Origin: an uncultured delta proteobacterium | GTDB taxonomy: Bacteria > Myxococcota > Myxococcia > Myxococcales > Anaeromyxobacteraceae | Direction: 5' to 3' | Length of the DNA stretch: 64,000 bases | Assembly: GCA_963814585.1 (NCBI GenBank) | Contig: CAWFDF010000004.1 | Coordinates: forward strand, 32,001-96,000 | In this document: one piece after another, positions 1 to 9,196 of the stretch | Numbering within the stretch: position 1 is the first letter of the stretch | Layout: each line of letters opens with the position of its first letter | Notes under the pieces: generated by a model | What the model was told of the DNA's origin: nothing | Database searches by the model: none | What the model saw: the letters and a program-made list of their open reading frames with translations, nothing else | Made by a program: the position numbers and the translations under genes

Positions 1-876
1 GTCGTGGTGGTGGGCGTCATCGAGCAGCAGCGTCCGGCCGCCAAGGACGAGGAGGTGGCCGCCGTACGCCTTCGCCAGCACCTCCTCGTCGAGCACGAGG
101 TTGGACGGGCCGTACGCCACCACCGTCCGGTTGACCGCCAGCACCTGCTGGAAGCGCTGTGCGGCACAGGCCAGGTCGTGCGTCGTGGCGACCACGGTCT
201 TGCCGCGTCGTGCCTGGGCCTCCAGGAGGTCCATGAGCAGTTCCTGCGTGGTCGGGTCGATGCCGGTGACGGGTTCGTCGAGAAGGAACAGGTCCGGCTC
301 CGCGGCCAGGGCGCGGGCGAGGAACACCCGCCTGCGCTGGCCACCCGAGAGCCGCCCGATCTGCGTCCGGATGCGATCCGCCATGCCGACCTGCTCGAGG
401 GCGTCCGCAACCGCGCGGCGATCGTCTGGTCCCGGGCGGTGCAGTCGACCGAGCCGCGGAAAGCGGCCCATCATCACGACATCCTCGACCGTCACCGGGA
501 ACGCCCAGTCCACCAGTTCCGCCTGGGGCACGTAGGCGACACGTCGGGCTTCGCGGCCGGCCGGTCCGCCCAGGATCTGGATCCGCCCGGTCCACGGCTC
601 CAGCAGCCCTGCCATCAGCTTGAGCAGGGTGCTCTTGCCGGCTCCGTTCGGTCCGACTACCGCCAGCAGGCTGCCGGGCTCCACCGCGATCGTCACGTGC
701 TCGAGCGCCACCCGCTCCCCGTACCCCGCGGACACGTCGCTCAGCCAGACATCCGCGTGTGCCTGCGCGTGGGCGGCAGCCTGGGTGTGCTCATGGCCGT
801 GGTCGTGCTCATCTCGAGCCGGCTGGCCTGCAGGGTGCGGCTGGGCGGGCGTGAGGTTGGGGCTGGATGCGTCCAT
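1..876 (-). CDS. Zn/Mn ABC transporter ATP-binding protein (ZnuC/TroB-like); runs off the window start
   Basis: Not in the ORF track; translated by hand: MDASSP...HDHGHEH...GPNGAGKST (Walker A), YVPQ, LSGGQRRR (signature), LLDEP (Walker B), TTHDL; His-rich ends. Confidence 0.9.
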   Translation of the reverse strand, partial: MDASSPNLTPAQPHPAGQPARDEHDHGHEHTQAAAHAQAHADVWLSDVSAGYGERVALEHVTIAVEPGSLLAVVGPNGAGKSTLLKLMAGLLEPWTGRIQILGGPAGREARRVAYVPQAELVDWAFPVTVEDVVMMGRFPRLGRLHRPGPDDRRAVADALEQVGMADRIRTQIGRLSGGQRRRVFLARALAAEPDLFLLDEPVTGIDPTTQELLMDLLEAQARRGKTVVATTHDLACAAQRFQQVLAVNRTVVAYGPSNLVLDEEVLAKAYGGHLLVLGGRTLLLDDAHHHD

Positions 877-895
877 ATGAGACACGGTATCATAT
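875..895. promoter_or_regulatory. Zur/Fur-like palindromic operator overlapping the start and -10 (TATGAT, minus strand) of the metal ABC ATPase
   Basis: ATATGAGAC-ACG-GTATCATAT inverted repeat, AT-rich, resembles actinobacterial Zur boxes (ATGAnAAnnnTTnTCAT). Confidence 0.6.
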
Positions 896-897
896 AG

Positions 898-1845
898 GTG
901 CAACCCAGAACGCCCGCGAACGCCCTGCGGGCGCGGATGCGCAACAATGCACCGCGACCCGCACACGATCCGCGGATCCCTACTGCAACAAACCGGAGGC
1001 CTCCCCTGAGCGGCAAGCAGTCAACACCCCCGTCCACCCGCAAGGAGCGTCGCACTGCCGAGCGCGAGGGCCGCTTCGAGGCCGATCGCGACAGCCGTCG
1101 CAATAGCGCGGGCTCCAGCGGCAGCGGCTCCAAGTGGATCAACACGCGCACAATGTCCATCGCGGGCATTGCGATCGGTGTGCTCATCGTGGCCGTTGTT
1201 GCCGTCGGGCAGCTGGGCGACAAGGCCACTGGCCGGCTGAAGGACCCGGGGATCGCCTATCCGGCCGCGATCGTCAACGGTGACACGCTCGGTGCCGCGG
1301 ACGCCCCCGTCACCCTGGAGGTGTACGAGGACTACCAGTGCCCGGTCTGTGCGAAGTACTCGCTGGCCGTTGAGCCATCGGTGGTCAACCAGTATGTGAT
1401 CCCAGGGAAGGTCCGCATCGTCCATCACGACCTCGGCATCCTTGGCACCGGTGCCGCAGACGACGAGTCGAAGCTCACGGCCGCGGGCGCCTACTGCGCC
1501 ATCGACCAGGGCAAGTACTGGGAGTACGCGCACTGGATCTACAACAACCAGGACGGTGAGAACCAGGGTGGCTTCCGTCGTGAGCGACTGACCCAGATCG
1601 CCGTGGCCGCCGGCCTCGACGAGGGGAAGTTCACCTCCTGCCTCGACAGCGCCCCGGCAAAGCAGACGGTTGAAGCGGCGTCGACCGGAGCCCTCAGCCT
1701 GGGCATCAACCAGACGCCGACGTTCTCGATCGGCGGTCAGCTGAGCCCCGGGCTCAAGTCCGCGGCGGAGCTGGGCGCCTTGATCGAGGCCGAGCTGGCC
1801 AAGCAGGGCGGCGCCCCGGCAGGCTCGCCCAGCACCGCACCCTGA
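898..1845 (+). CDS. Membrane-anchored DsbA-family thiol-disulfide oxidoreductase (true start may be CTG 1006)
   Basis: One TM helix, GAADAPVTLEVYEDYQCPVC, cis-Pro GINQTPTF. Confidence 0.9.
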   Translation: MQPRTPANALRARMRNNAPRPAHDPRIPTATNRRPPLSGKQSTPPSTRKERRTAEREGRFEADRDSRRNSAGSSGSGSKWINTRTMSIAGIAIGVLIVAVVAVGQLGDKATGRLKDPGIAYPAAIVNGDTLGAADAPVTLEVYEDYQCPVCAKYSLAVEPSVVNQYVIPGKVRIVHHDLGILGTGAADDESKLTAAGAYCAIDQGKYWEYAHWIYNNQDGENQGGFRRERLTQIAVAAGLDEGKFTSCLDSAPAKQTVEAASTGALSLGINQTPTFSIGGQLSPGLKSAAELGALIEAELAKQGGAPAGSPSTAP

Positions 1846-1868
1846 CGTCCGACGTCACCGGGCGGACT

Positions 1869-2336
1869 GTGCGCGGTCCGCTCGGCCTGCCGCTGCTCGC
1901 CCTGGTGGTTGCCGGTGCGGCGATGTCCGGGTACCTCACGGTCGTCCGTCTGCTCGGTGAGGTGGCGGTGTGCGGCCCGTCCGGCGGCTGTGCGGCGGTG
2001 GCCGCCTCGGAGTACTCGGCGATCTTCGGGATCCCGGTCGCTGTGCTCGGGTTCGCGCTGTCGGTGGTCCTGGCCGGCTGCGCGCTCGCCTGGTGGCTGC
2101 GGTCCGAGCGACGCGCGCTGCTGGCCGCATATCTCCTGCTGCTGCTTGCGACCCTTTTCGTCGCCTACCTGACGTTCCTCGAGCTGTTCGTGATCAAGGC
2201 GATCTGCGTGTGGTGCGTCGCGTACGCCGTCACCGTCGTCCTCTCGCTCGTGACCGCGGGACTCGCGCTCCGCCGCACCGGGGCGAAGTCGGGTCCGGAT
2301 GCCGGTCCGCCGCAGGGCTACCCGCCCGCGCCGTAG
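1869..2336 (+). CDS. Vitamin K epoxide reductase (VKOR) family protein, DsbA re-oxidation partner
   Basis: CGPSGGC loop, SEYSAIFGIPVA, ICVWC; 4-5 TM helices; adjacent to dsbA. Confidence 0.9.
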   Translation: MRGPLGLPLLALVVAGAAMSGYLTVVRLLGEVAVCGPSGGCAAVAASEYSAIFGIPVAVLGFALSVVLAGCALAWWLRSERRALLAAYLLLLLATLFVAYLTFLELFVIKAICVWCVAYAVTVVLSLVTAGLALRRTGAKSGPDAGPPQGYPPAP

Positions 2337-3538
2337 CCCGTCAGCTCAACGTACGCCTGGCCACCCAGCGGCAGACCGTCGCGGGTTGCCGACACGCGCT
2401 GCGACCCCTCCCAGTACACGACGCCGGTGGTCGCGCGCGTGTCCAGCTCCTGCTGCGGCACGGTTGGCGCGAGGGCGATCTCGAGGTTCTCGGCGGGCAG
2501 CGACACCATCCAGCCGGCCGGATACGTGGCCCCGGTTGCAGGGCTGGTCCAACGATCGCTCACCTCGATGGTGAAGTCGCCCGGTCCGAGGTGCCTCGTT
2601 GCACCCGCCTTGTCCACGAGCGTCCCATAGACGAGCGGGTAGGTGCCGTCGGCAGCGCGCACCAGCGACAGGGTCAGGTCCGTGCCGTCCTCCAGGTTGA
2701 TCGCGAACCAGTCCCAGCCACCACCGCCGACGGAGATGAAGTCGCCCCACTGGTGGTCGAACCACGCGTCGCCCGTCACCTCCAGGACACTGCCGCCCAA
2801 GGTGACGGTGCCGGCAGCGTCCATTGCCGTGCGCGAGTAGTAGTACGACCCTCCAGCGGGCCCGAAGTCCACGTACCCGTCCATGTCGTGCATCGCCGGG
2901 GGCTTGGTCGCCGCGAGCCGGAGGTCGATCCCGAAGGCATCCACCGGGTCACCACGCACCTCGGTCCCCGCGGCGGCGGCGGTCAGCGTATCCGCGCCGT
3001 CCGCGCCGGACATCGTCCACGGCGTCCCAAGCGGGGCACCAGGGTTCGTCACGTTGAAGCCGCTCACGGTGAAGTCGAACCCGGCCGGCGGGTCGGCCAT
3101 TGCCGGTGAGCCGCCAGGGATCGGTGAGCCGTCCGGGGTCGAGGTGCCGTCCACCTGCGGTCCGATCTCGGCCCGCTGCGCATAGTGGAACCTGCTGCCC
3201 GTCTCGTCTGTGAGCGCCAGGTGCGATGCCCACGACACGGGGAACGCTCCACGCTCGCCACGGAACACCACGTACTCGAACCCGAAGCGGTGCCCGTCAG
3301 CCGCCCGGAGGTGGCCGGTGTAGTACCACCACTCGGTCAGCCGGTCGTGCGGCGCGTCGTCCCGGGGGAGGATCACGGGCTGCGGGTCAGCGGGCCGGGC
3401 CGTGGGCTCCGGGCCGGGGGTCAGCGCCGGCCGGGCCGCGGGCGGGTTGGCGAACACCGGTCCGCCACAGGCGCCCAGGGCCAGCGACACCAGGATGAGC
3501 AGCGCAAGGGCGAAGCCGCCGCGGCCACCGGTCGTCAT
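2318..3538 (-). CDS. AttH/CrtC-like lipocalin-fold lipoprotein
   Basis: Lipobox LGAC; EWWYYTG, SYYYS, AWFDHQWG, WDWF, YWEG, AYVELTGY. Confidence 0.85.
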   Translation of the reverse strand: MTTGGRGGFALALLILVSLALGACGGPVFANPPAARPALTPGPEPTARPADPQPVILPRDDAPHDRLTEWWYYTGHLRAADGHRFGFEYVVFRGERGAFPVSWASHLALTDETGSRFHYAQRAEIGPQVDGTSTPDGSPIPGGSPAMADPPAGFDFTVSGFNVTNPGAPLGTPWTMSGADGADTLTAAAAGTEVRGDPVDAFGIDLRLAATKPPAMHDMDGYVDFGPAGGSYYYSRTAMDAAGTVTLGGSVLEVTGDAWFDHQWGDFISVGGGGWDWFAINLEDGTDLTLSLVRAADGTYPLVYGTLVDKAGATRHLGPGDFTIEVSDRWTSPATGATYPAGWMVSLPAENLEIALAPTVPQQELDTRATTGVVYWEGSQRVSATRDGLPLGGQAYVELTGYGAGG

Positions 3539-5802
3539 CGGACTGCCGCCTCCACGTCGGCCTCGGTGCGCGGCAGGACGCCCTGGAGCGCCCGGTCAAG
3601 GCGGGATGGCACCCACCAGTTCCAGCGTCCCAGCAGCCGCATCGTGGCGGGGACCAGGAGCGCCCTGACAACCGTTGCGTCGAGCGCCACCGCGATCGCG
3701 ACGCCGAGCCCGAGCGCCTTGATCAGGACCATGTCAGCGAACGCGAACGAGCCGGCGACCAGGACGACGATCAGGGCGGCCGACGACACGATGCGCCCGG
3801 ATCGCTCGAGGCCTCGGGCGACGGCCTCGGTGTTGTCGTGGGTACGGTCCCAGACCTCCTTCATTCGCGACAGCAGGAACACCTCGTAGTCCATCGACAA
3901 CCCGAACAGGACGCAGAACAGGATCACGGGCTGCGTCGTCTCCACGAAGCCGAGGGGCTGGAACCCGAGCAGCGCCGAAAGGTTCCCCTGCTGGAAGATC
4001 CAGACCAGGGCGCCGAAGCTGGCGACGATCGAGAGCGTGTTCATCACCAGCGCCTTGATCGGCAGCACCACGGAGCGGAGCAGGACGAACAGGACGATGA
4101 ACGTGCTCACGACGATGAATGCGGCCGTTCGCGGGAAGTCCGCCCACACCCGGCTCACGACGTCGTCGACGTCCGCCGCCCCGCCGCCGACCAGCACCGA
4201 CACGCCGGCGGGCGGAGCCAGCCCGCCTGCAGGGTCACGCATCTCCCGGACCAGTGCGCGCGCCTCGTCATTGTTCGGTCCATACGGGGTGTAGAGCGTG
4301 AAGGCCGTCAGGTTGTCCCGGGTGGTGGCACCGAGCGCCGTGGCCACGTAGCGGTCGGGCGGCCCGGTCGGCGACGCGTAGAGGAGCTGGTACTGCTCCA
4401 GCGTGAGACGTGGGTCGACGTCCACGAGGCTCGATACCCGGCTCACCCGTGGGTCCGCGGCGAGCCGCCGCGAGTACTCGTAGAGGCGTGCGACGTTCTC
4501 AGGTGTCGTGGCGCTGCCCTGCGTGCGAACCGCGACCACGAGGGGTGCGAACTCGCCCTCGCCGAACTCGCGCGCCAGGACGTCGTATGCCTCGCGGGAC
4601 GGAACCGAGGCGGGGAGGATCGTGGCATCCGGAGCATTGAACCGGACGCTCAGGAACGGGATCCCCAGGACAAGCAGCAGCGCGAGGGTCGGGATCAGGA
4701 AGGCGACGGGATGGCGCATCACGCGACGGGCGAGCCTTGCCCACGGCCCATCGGTACCCGGCTCCACGGTCACCTTCCGGATGGAGAACGCGTCGATCCT
4801 CGTGCCGAGGATGGCCAGGATCGCGGGCAGGAGCGTGAGCGCGGCCGCCACGGCGAGACCGACCACCATCGCGCCGGCCATCCCCACCGAGCGCAGGATC
4901 ATGAACTCGAACAGCACGAGGCCCAGCAGCCCCAGGAGGACGGTGAGGCCGGAGAAGAACACCGCCCGTCCGGCCGTGGATACGGTGACGCGCACCGCCT
5001 CCCCCACGCGGTCCGGGCCCTGGCGGCGTGCGAGCTCCTCCCGGAACCGGCTGGTCATGAGCAGCGAGTAGTCCACGCCCAGTCCCAGCCCCAGCAGGGT
5101 CGCCAGGTTGAGGACGAAGATGCTCATCGGCACGAGCGACGCGACGACGAAGATGCCGGCCAGCGCCACCAGCACGGCGGCGCCACCGACGGCCAGCGGG
5201 ACCCCCGCGGCCACGGCGCTGCCGAAGACGAACAGCAGCGCGATCGCGGCAAGCGGCAGCGAGATCAGCTCAGCCCGCCGCAGGTCGGACTCGGTGACCG
5301 CCTGCACGTCCCCGTAGAAGGCCGGTCCGCCGGCAATGCGGACGGTGAGGCCGGGAACATCGCGGAGGGCGGCGGCAACCCCGGGAATGGCGTCCGGCGA
5401 GTCGTCGGGCGGCAGGTCGAGGAACACGATGTCGTACGCGGTCCTGCCGTCCGCGGCGACCTGCCTGGGCGCGAGGACGTGGGACAGCACCCGGGTCACG
5501 TGTGGCGCGCCTGCCACGTCCGTCGTTGCCGCATCGACGGCCGCGAGCCAGGCGGGTGTCCCTGCTGTCAGCGTGTCCGAGGAGTAGACGAGCACGAACG
5601 CGGACGGCTCAACGCCGAGCTGCTCCTGGAGCAGCTGCTTCGCCCGAGCTGACTCGAGGTCGTCAAGGATGAAGCCGCCGGCCGACAGCGCACCGGGTGC
5701 CCTCGGCGCGAGGGGGAGGGCGAGGAGGATGAGGACGGCCCATCCCGCCACGATCCACCAGCGGCGGCGGACGACGAACTGTCCAAGGCGATCGAAGCTC
5801 AT
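3535..5802 (-). CDS. MMPL family (RND) lipid transporter
   Basis: GLGVDYSLL, TAGRAVFFSGLTV, FGLSMDYEVFLLSR, LDATVVRALLVPA; ATGA overlap with the downstream gene. Confidence 0.95.
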   Translation of the reverse strand: MSFDRLGQFVVRRRWWIVAGWAVLILLALPLAPRAPGALSAGGFILDDLESARAKQLLQEQLGVEPSAFVLVYSSDTLTAGTPAWLAAVDAATTDVAGAPHVTRVLSHVLAPRQVAADGRTAYDIVFLDLPPDDSPDAIPGVAAALRDVPGLTVRIAGGPAFYGDVQAVTESDLRRAELISLPLAAIALLFVFGSAVAAGVPLAVGGAAVLVALAGIFVVASLVPMSIFVLNLATLLGLGLGVDYSLLMTSRFREELARRQGPDRVGEAVRVTVSTAGRAVFFSGLTVLLGLLGLVLFEFMILRSVGMAGAMVVGLAVAAALTLLPAILAILGTRIDAFSIRKVTVEPGTDGPWARLARRVMRHPVAFLIPTLALLLVLGIPFLSVRFNAPDATILPASVPSREAYDVLAREFGEGEFAPLVVAVRTQGSATTPENVARLYEYSRRLAADPRVSRVSSLVDVDPRLTLEQYQLLYASPTGPPDRYVATALGATTRDNLTAFTLYTPYGPNNDEARALVREMRDPAGGLAPPAGVSVLVGGGAADVDDVVSRVWADFPRTAAFIVVSTFIVLFVLLRSVVLPIKALVMNTLSIVASFGALVWIFQQGNLSALLGFQPLGFVETTQPVILFCVLFGLSMDYEVFLLSRMKEVWDRTHDNTEAVARGLERSGRIVSSAALIVVLVAGSFAFADMVLIKALGLGVAIAVALDATVVRALLVPATMRLLGRWNWWVPSRLDRALQGVLPRTEADVEAAVR

Positions 5803-5866
5803 GCATGGTCCGGTTCGGGGTGGGGCGTCCGGCGGATGGCCTGGACGCGACGCCCTTGCAGTGCAA

Positions 5867-5896
5867 CTAACGTGCTTGCACCAAGTAGCATGTTAG
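5867..5896. promoter_or_regulatory. Palindromic operator between divergent mmpL and a small membrane protein gene
   Basis: CTAACGTGCT-N10-AGCATGTTAG, 9 of 10 positions complementary. Confidence 0.5.
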
Positions 5897-6006
5897 CGCC
5901 GGAACGCGGATCGCGTGTTTCCGCCCCCGGATCGTTCTGCTAGCATCGTCCGGCCGCGGCACGCCGCGGTCGGCGACGCCCATCAATCCGGCCGAGGGAC
6001 GCCCGC

Positions 6007-6342
6007 GTGACGATCTTCACGATCTGGTTCCAGAACTTCCCGAACAACCTCGTGATCTTCCTGGCCGCCCTGACCCTGGCGGGTGGCTTCGTGTTCATCT
6101 TCGCGAAGTCGGCGATGGTGGCCGAGGGCGGACGGCCCGGCTGGACGCGCCGCATGACGGGCCCCAACTCGAAGGTCGCGTTCGGCCTCCTGTTCATCGC
6201 CTGGGCGATCGTGTTCGGCATCGCGCTGCAGCTGGTCCCGCACGAGGGGGCAAGCTCGCCATACGGCGGGATCGGGCTGATCGCGATGTTCAGCGGCTTC
6301 TTCATCATGATGGGCCTGATCTGGAGCGTGGTCGGGGACTAG
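6007..6342 (+). CDS. Small hypothetical membrane protein (3 TM)
   Basis: GAGGG RBS, hydrophobic helices, normal codon bias. Confidence 0.75.
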   Translation: MTIFTIWFQNFPNNLVIFLAALTLAGGFVFIFAKSAMVAEGGRPGWTRRMTGPNSKVAFGLLFIAWAIVFGIALQLVPHEGASSPYGGIGLIAMFSGFFIMMGLIWSVVGD

Positions 6343-6383
6343 CTACGTGGGTGGGGACTAGCTCCGCCAGCCTCAGCGCCCCC

Positions 6384-6470
6384 GAAGCCCGGCTCAGGCC
6401 GGGCTTCCCGATTCAGGCCTCGCGCCCGGCCGGAATGGACGAACCCGGCCGGGTGGTTCGGCCGGGTTCG
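6384..6470. terminator. Two GC-rich hairpins between convergent genes
   Basis: GAAGCCCGGC-TCAG-GCCGGGCTTC (6384-6407) and CGAACCCGGCCG-N7-CGGCCGGGTTCG (6440-6470); no U-tails. Confidence 0.5.
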
Positions 6471-6523
6471 CGACTACGCGGTGGGTTCGTGATTGCGAGT
6501 GGGCGTTCAGCCCTGCCGCCGGA

Positions 6524-7177
6524 TCAGGGCAGTTGCTCGATGATCGAGGATGCAACCTTCTCGTCCGCAAGCAGGACGAGGAACAGGGTGTCGTCCTTGG
6601 GGTAGGCGAAGAAGCCCATGCCACCCGCAGCCTCGCCGTACACGGTCTTGCCGCCAAGCGTGGTCTTGGGCATGGAGCTCAGGTCCGCGTTCATGCTGGC
6701 GCCGAACTCGGTCGCCGGGACGCCCTCGATCTGGATCGCCATGACCATGGCCGTGGCGCCCGTCGAGGTTGGCGATGCGATCGCGAAGTTGACGTCGCTG
6801 AGCGTCTTGCCCTTGGCCTTGAGGATCGGGTCGAGCTCGGAGCCGTTGAGGCCCGCGGCAGCTCCGAACATGCCCAGCTGGCTGCCGTCGTATCCGCCAC
6901 GCTCGAACGTCACGCCGCCGGCCTGCTCCGGGAGCTTGTCTGCCAGGTCGTTGAGCGCGCCGATCGCGCCACCCGCCTCCGTTGCTGCCGGCTCCTCGCT
7001 GGCCTCGGGGGCTTCGGTCGCTTCGGGTTCCTCGGTAGCCATTGGTTGTTCCGTCGGAGCCTCGACGACGGCGCCCGCGCTGGCGGGTGCCTTGGTTGCA
7101 GTGGAGGCCCCGCCGCATGCGGCGAGCGCCAGGGTGATGCCGATGGCGCCTGCAAGGAGGCGCGCGTCGATCGTCAT
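6524..7177 (-). CDS. Hypothetical lipoprotein
   Basis: Lipobox LAAC, acidic Ala/Glu/Pro linker, AAGGA RBS. Confidence 0.8.
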   Translation of the reverse strand: MTIDARLLAGAIGITLALAACGGASTATKAPASAGAVVEAPTEQPMATEEPEATEAPEASEEPAATEAGGAIGALNDLADKLPEQAGGVTFERGGYDGSQLGMFGAAAGLNGSELDPILKAKGKTLSDVNFAIASPTSTGATAMVMAIQIEGVPATEFGASMNADLSSMPKTTLGGKTVYGEAAGGMGFFAYPKDDTLFLVLLADEKVASSIIEQLP

Positions 7178-7405
7178 TGGATGGATCCTTTCGCCGGAGA
7201 CGCGTCTCGGGCGCCTCGGACCCCGGGCTCCGAGGCTGCGGGCGCACTGTACGAAGCCATGCCCGGCCGGTCAACCCGCCGACATGCCCGTGGACGCCTC
7301 AGCGGGCCTCCGCTATGATCGCGCTCCATTCAGGATGCATAGGATTTATGCGTTCGACCGGTGGCGGGACGCCCGTCACACGGCACGCAGCGGGAGGTTC
7401 GGCAG

Positions 7406-8890
7406 GTGGTGGAGCAGGCGCAGGGTTCGGCCCCCGTCACAGCGGTTGAGGCCGCCCCCTTCGTGAACCAGCGCGATCCCGCCCGCCGTCTCGGCCCGGA
7501 TGGGAAGCCTGCGGTCAGCCGCCGCGCCCCGCTGTGGATGGACGTTCCCGACGAGAAGTGGAACGACTGGAAGTGGCAGCTCTCGAACCGCGTCAACGAT
7601 CTCGCTGACTTCGAGCAGATCCTCGAGCTCACCGACGAGGAGCGCGAGGGCCTGTCCGCGCCCGACAAGTTCCGGGTCGACGTGACGCCGTACTTCGCCA
7701 GCCTCATGGATCCGGGGGACCCGAACGATCCGATCCGCCGCCAGATCGTCCCGCTGGGACGCGAGCTGCGGTCCTTCACCGGGATGATGGAGGACAGCCT
7801 CGCCGAGGACCGGCACAGTCCCGTCCCGGGCCTGGTTCATCGCTACCCGGATCGCGTGCTGATGCTGATCACCACGCAGTGCGCGGTCTACTGCCGGTAC
7901 TGCACGCGCAGCCGGATCGTGGGCGATGCGTCCCAGAACTTCAATCGCAAGGAGCACGAGGCCCAGCTCGAGTACATCCGGAACAATCCGCAGATCCGCG
8001 ACGTGCTGATCTCGGGTGGAGACGGACTCACGCTGGCGCCCAAGCTGCTCGAAGCGGCGCTCCGCGGCCTGCGCGAGATCCCGCACGTGGAGATCGTGCG
8101 CATCGGCTCCCGGGTGCCGGTGTTCATGCCGCAGCGCATCGACGACGAGCTGTGCGAGATGCTCGCGAAGTACCACCCGCTGTGGCTGAACATCCACGTC
8201 AACCACCCCAACGAGATCACCCCGGAGCTCGCCCGAGCCTGCGACAAGCTGTCGCGCGCCGGGATCCCGCTGGGCAACCAGTCCGTCCTCCTGGCCGGCG
8301 TCAACGACTGCGTCCACACGCAGCGCGAGCTTGTCCAGCGCCTGGTCGAGATCCGGGTCCGCCCGTACTACCTGTACCAGTGCGACCTGGTCGAGGGTGC
8401 GGGCCACTTCCGGACGCCGGTCGGCAAGGGCCTGGAGATCATCGAGGGTCTCCGCGGCCACACCTCCGGGTACGCGGTCCCGCAGTTCATCGTGGACGCG
8501 CCAGGTGGCGGCGGGAAGATCCCGGTCATGCCGAACTACCTGGTGTCGTACTCCGACCACAAGGTGATCCTCCGCAACTACGAGGGGTACATCACCACGT
8601 ACGAGGAGCCTGCCGAGTACACCCCGCACGACAGCACGACCTGCCAGTACTGCCTGAACCCGCGTCCGGAGCCGGGCCAGGAGGGCATCACGGGCCTCCT
8701 TGACGGCAAGCGGATGTGGATCGAACCGGCCGGCTTCCAGCAGGTGCACGAGCGCGGCAATGTCGAAGCGCACCGGCTGAGCGATCCGTCCAAGTGGGTG
8801 CCGTTCGGCGTCGGGGCAATCGAGGGCACCTCGACCCAGGGCGAGCGCGCCCTGCCGGTGCTCGAAGCCGGCTCACTCGAAGCTGAGTAA
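7406..8890 (+). CDS. kamA: Lysine 2,3-aminomutase (radical SAM, KamA/AblA family)
   Basis: GLVHRYPDRVL, CAVYCRYC, GNQSVLL, PYYLYQCD, DAPGGGGKIP (PLP lysine); GGGAGG RBS before GTG 7406. Confidence 0.93.
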   Translation: MVEQAQGSAPVTAVEAAPFVNQRDPARRLGPDGKPAVSRRAPLWMDVPDEKWNDWKWQLSNRVNDLADFEQILELTDEEREGLSAPDKFRVDVTPYFASLMDPGDPNDPIRRQIVPLGRELRSFTGMMEDSLAEDRHSPVPGLVHRYPDRVLMLITTQCAVYCRYCTRSRIVGDASQNFNRKEHEAQLEYIRNNPQIRDVLISGGDGLTLAPKLLEAALRGLREIPHVEIVRIGSRVPVFMPQRIDDELCEMLAKYHPLWLNIHVNHPNEITPELARACDKLSRAGIPLGNQSVLLAGVNDCVHTQRELVQRLVEIRVRPYYLYQCDLVEGAGHFRTPVGKGLEIIEGLRGHTSGYAVPQFIVDAPGGGGKIPVMPNYLVSYSDHKVILRNYEGYITTYEEPAEYTPHDSTTCQYCLNPRPEPGQEGITGLLDGKRMWIEPAGFQQVHERGNVEAHRLSDPSKWVPFGVGAIEGTSTQGERALPVLEAGSLEAE

Positions 8891-8923
8891 GGCCGACCCG
8901 CCCAACGGGGTTCCCGGCCGGCC

Positions 8924-9172
8924 ATGAGCACGCCGAAGAAGAAGCAGCCGCTCGGCCAGTCGATTGGCGGGGTGCTGTTCGGTTTCGAGCAGCAGATCTT
9001 CCGCAACCAGCCCCCGCCCCACGAGCTGGTGCACCAGGCTCGGCCGGACAACCCGGTGCCCGCTGGTGACGGCTCGTTGATCACCATCCAGCTGCCGGAC
9101 GACGGCACCGCGGATGGTGGTGCCCCGGACCCCGTTGCGGGCGACGAGCCCGGGCCGCCCGGCGAGGACTGA
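8924..9172 (+). CDS. Small hypothetical protein
   Basis: 82 aa ORF with coding-like bias following kamA. Confidence 0.6.
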   Translation: MSTPKKKQPLGQSIGGVLFGFEQQIFRNQPPPHELVHQARPDNPVPAGDGSLITIQLPDDGTADGGAPDPVAGDEPGPPGED

Positions 9173-9196
9173 GCGCGGCGTGCGGCGAGCCGGACG

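Noticed and set aside
6334..6363. Direct repeat GGGGACTAGCT x2 as a target-site duplication or att site
   Set aside because: Only 8 bp lie between the copies and no mobile gene is nearby; more likely a small local duplication
7330..7352. ArgR (ARG) box before kamA
   Set aside because: Half-site spacing (TGCAT-N7-ATGCG) does not fit the ARG box
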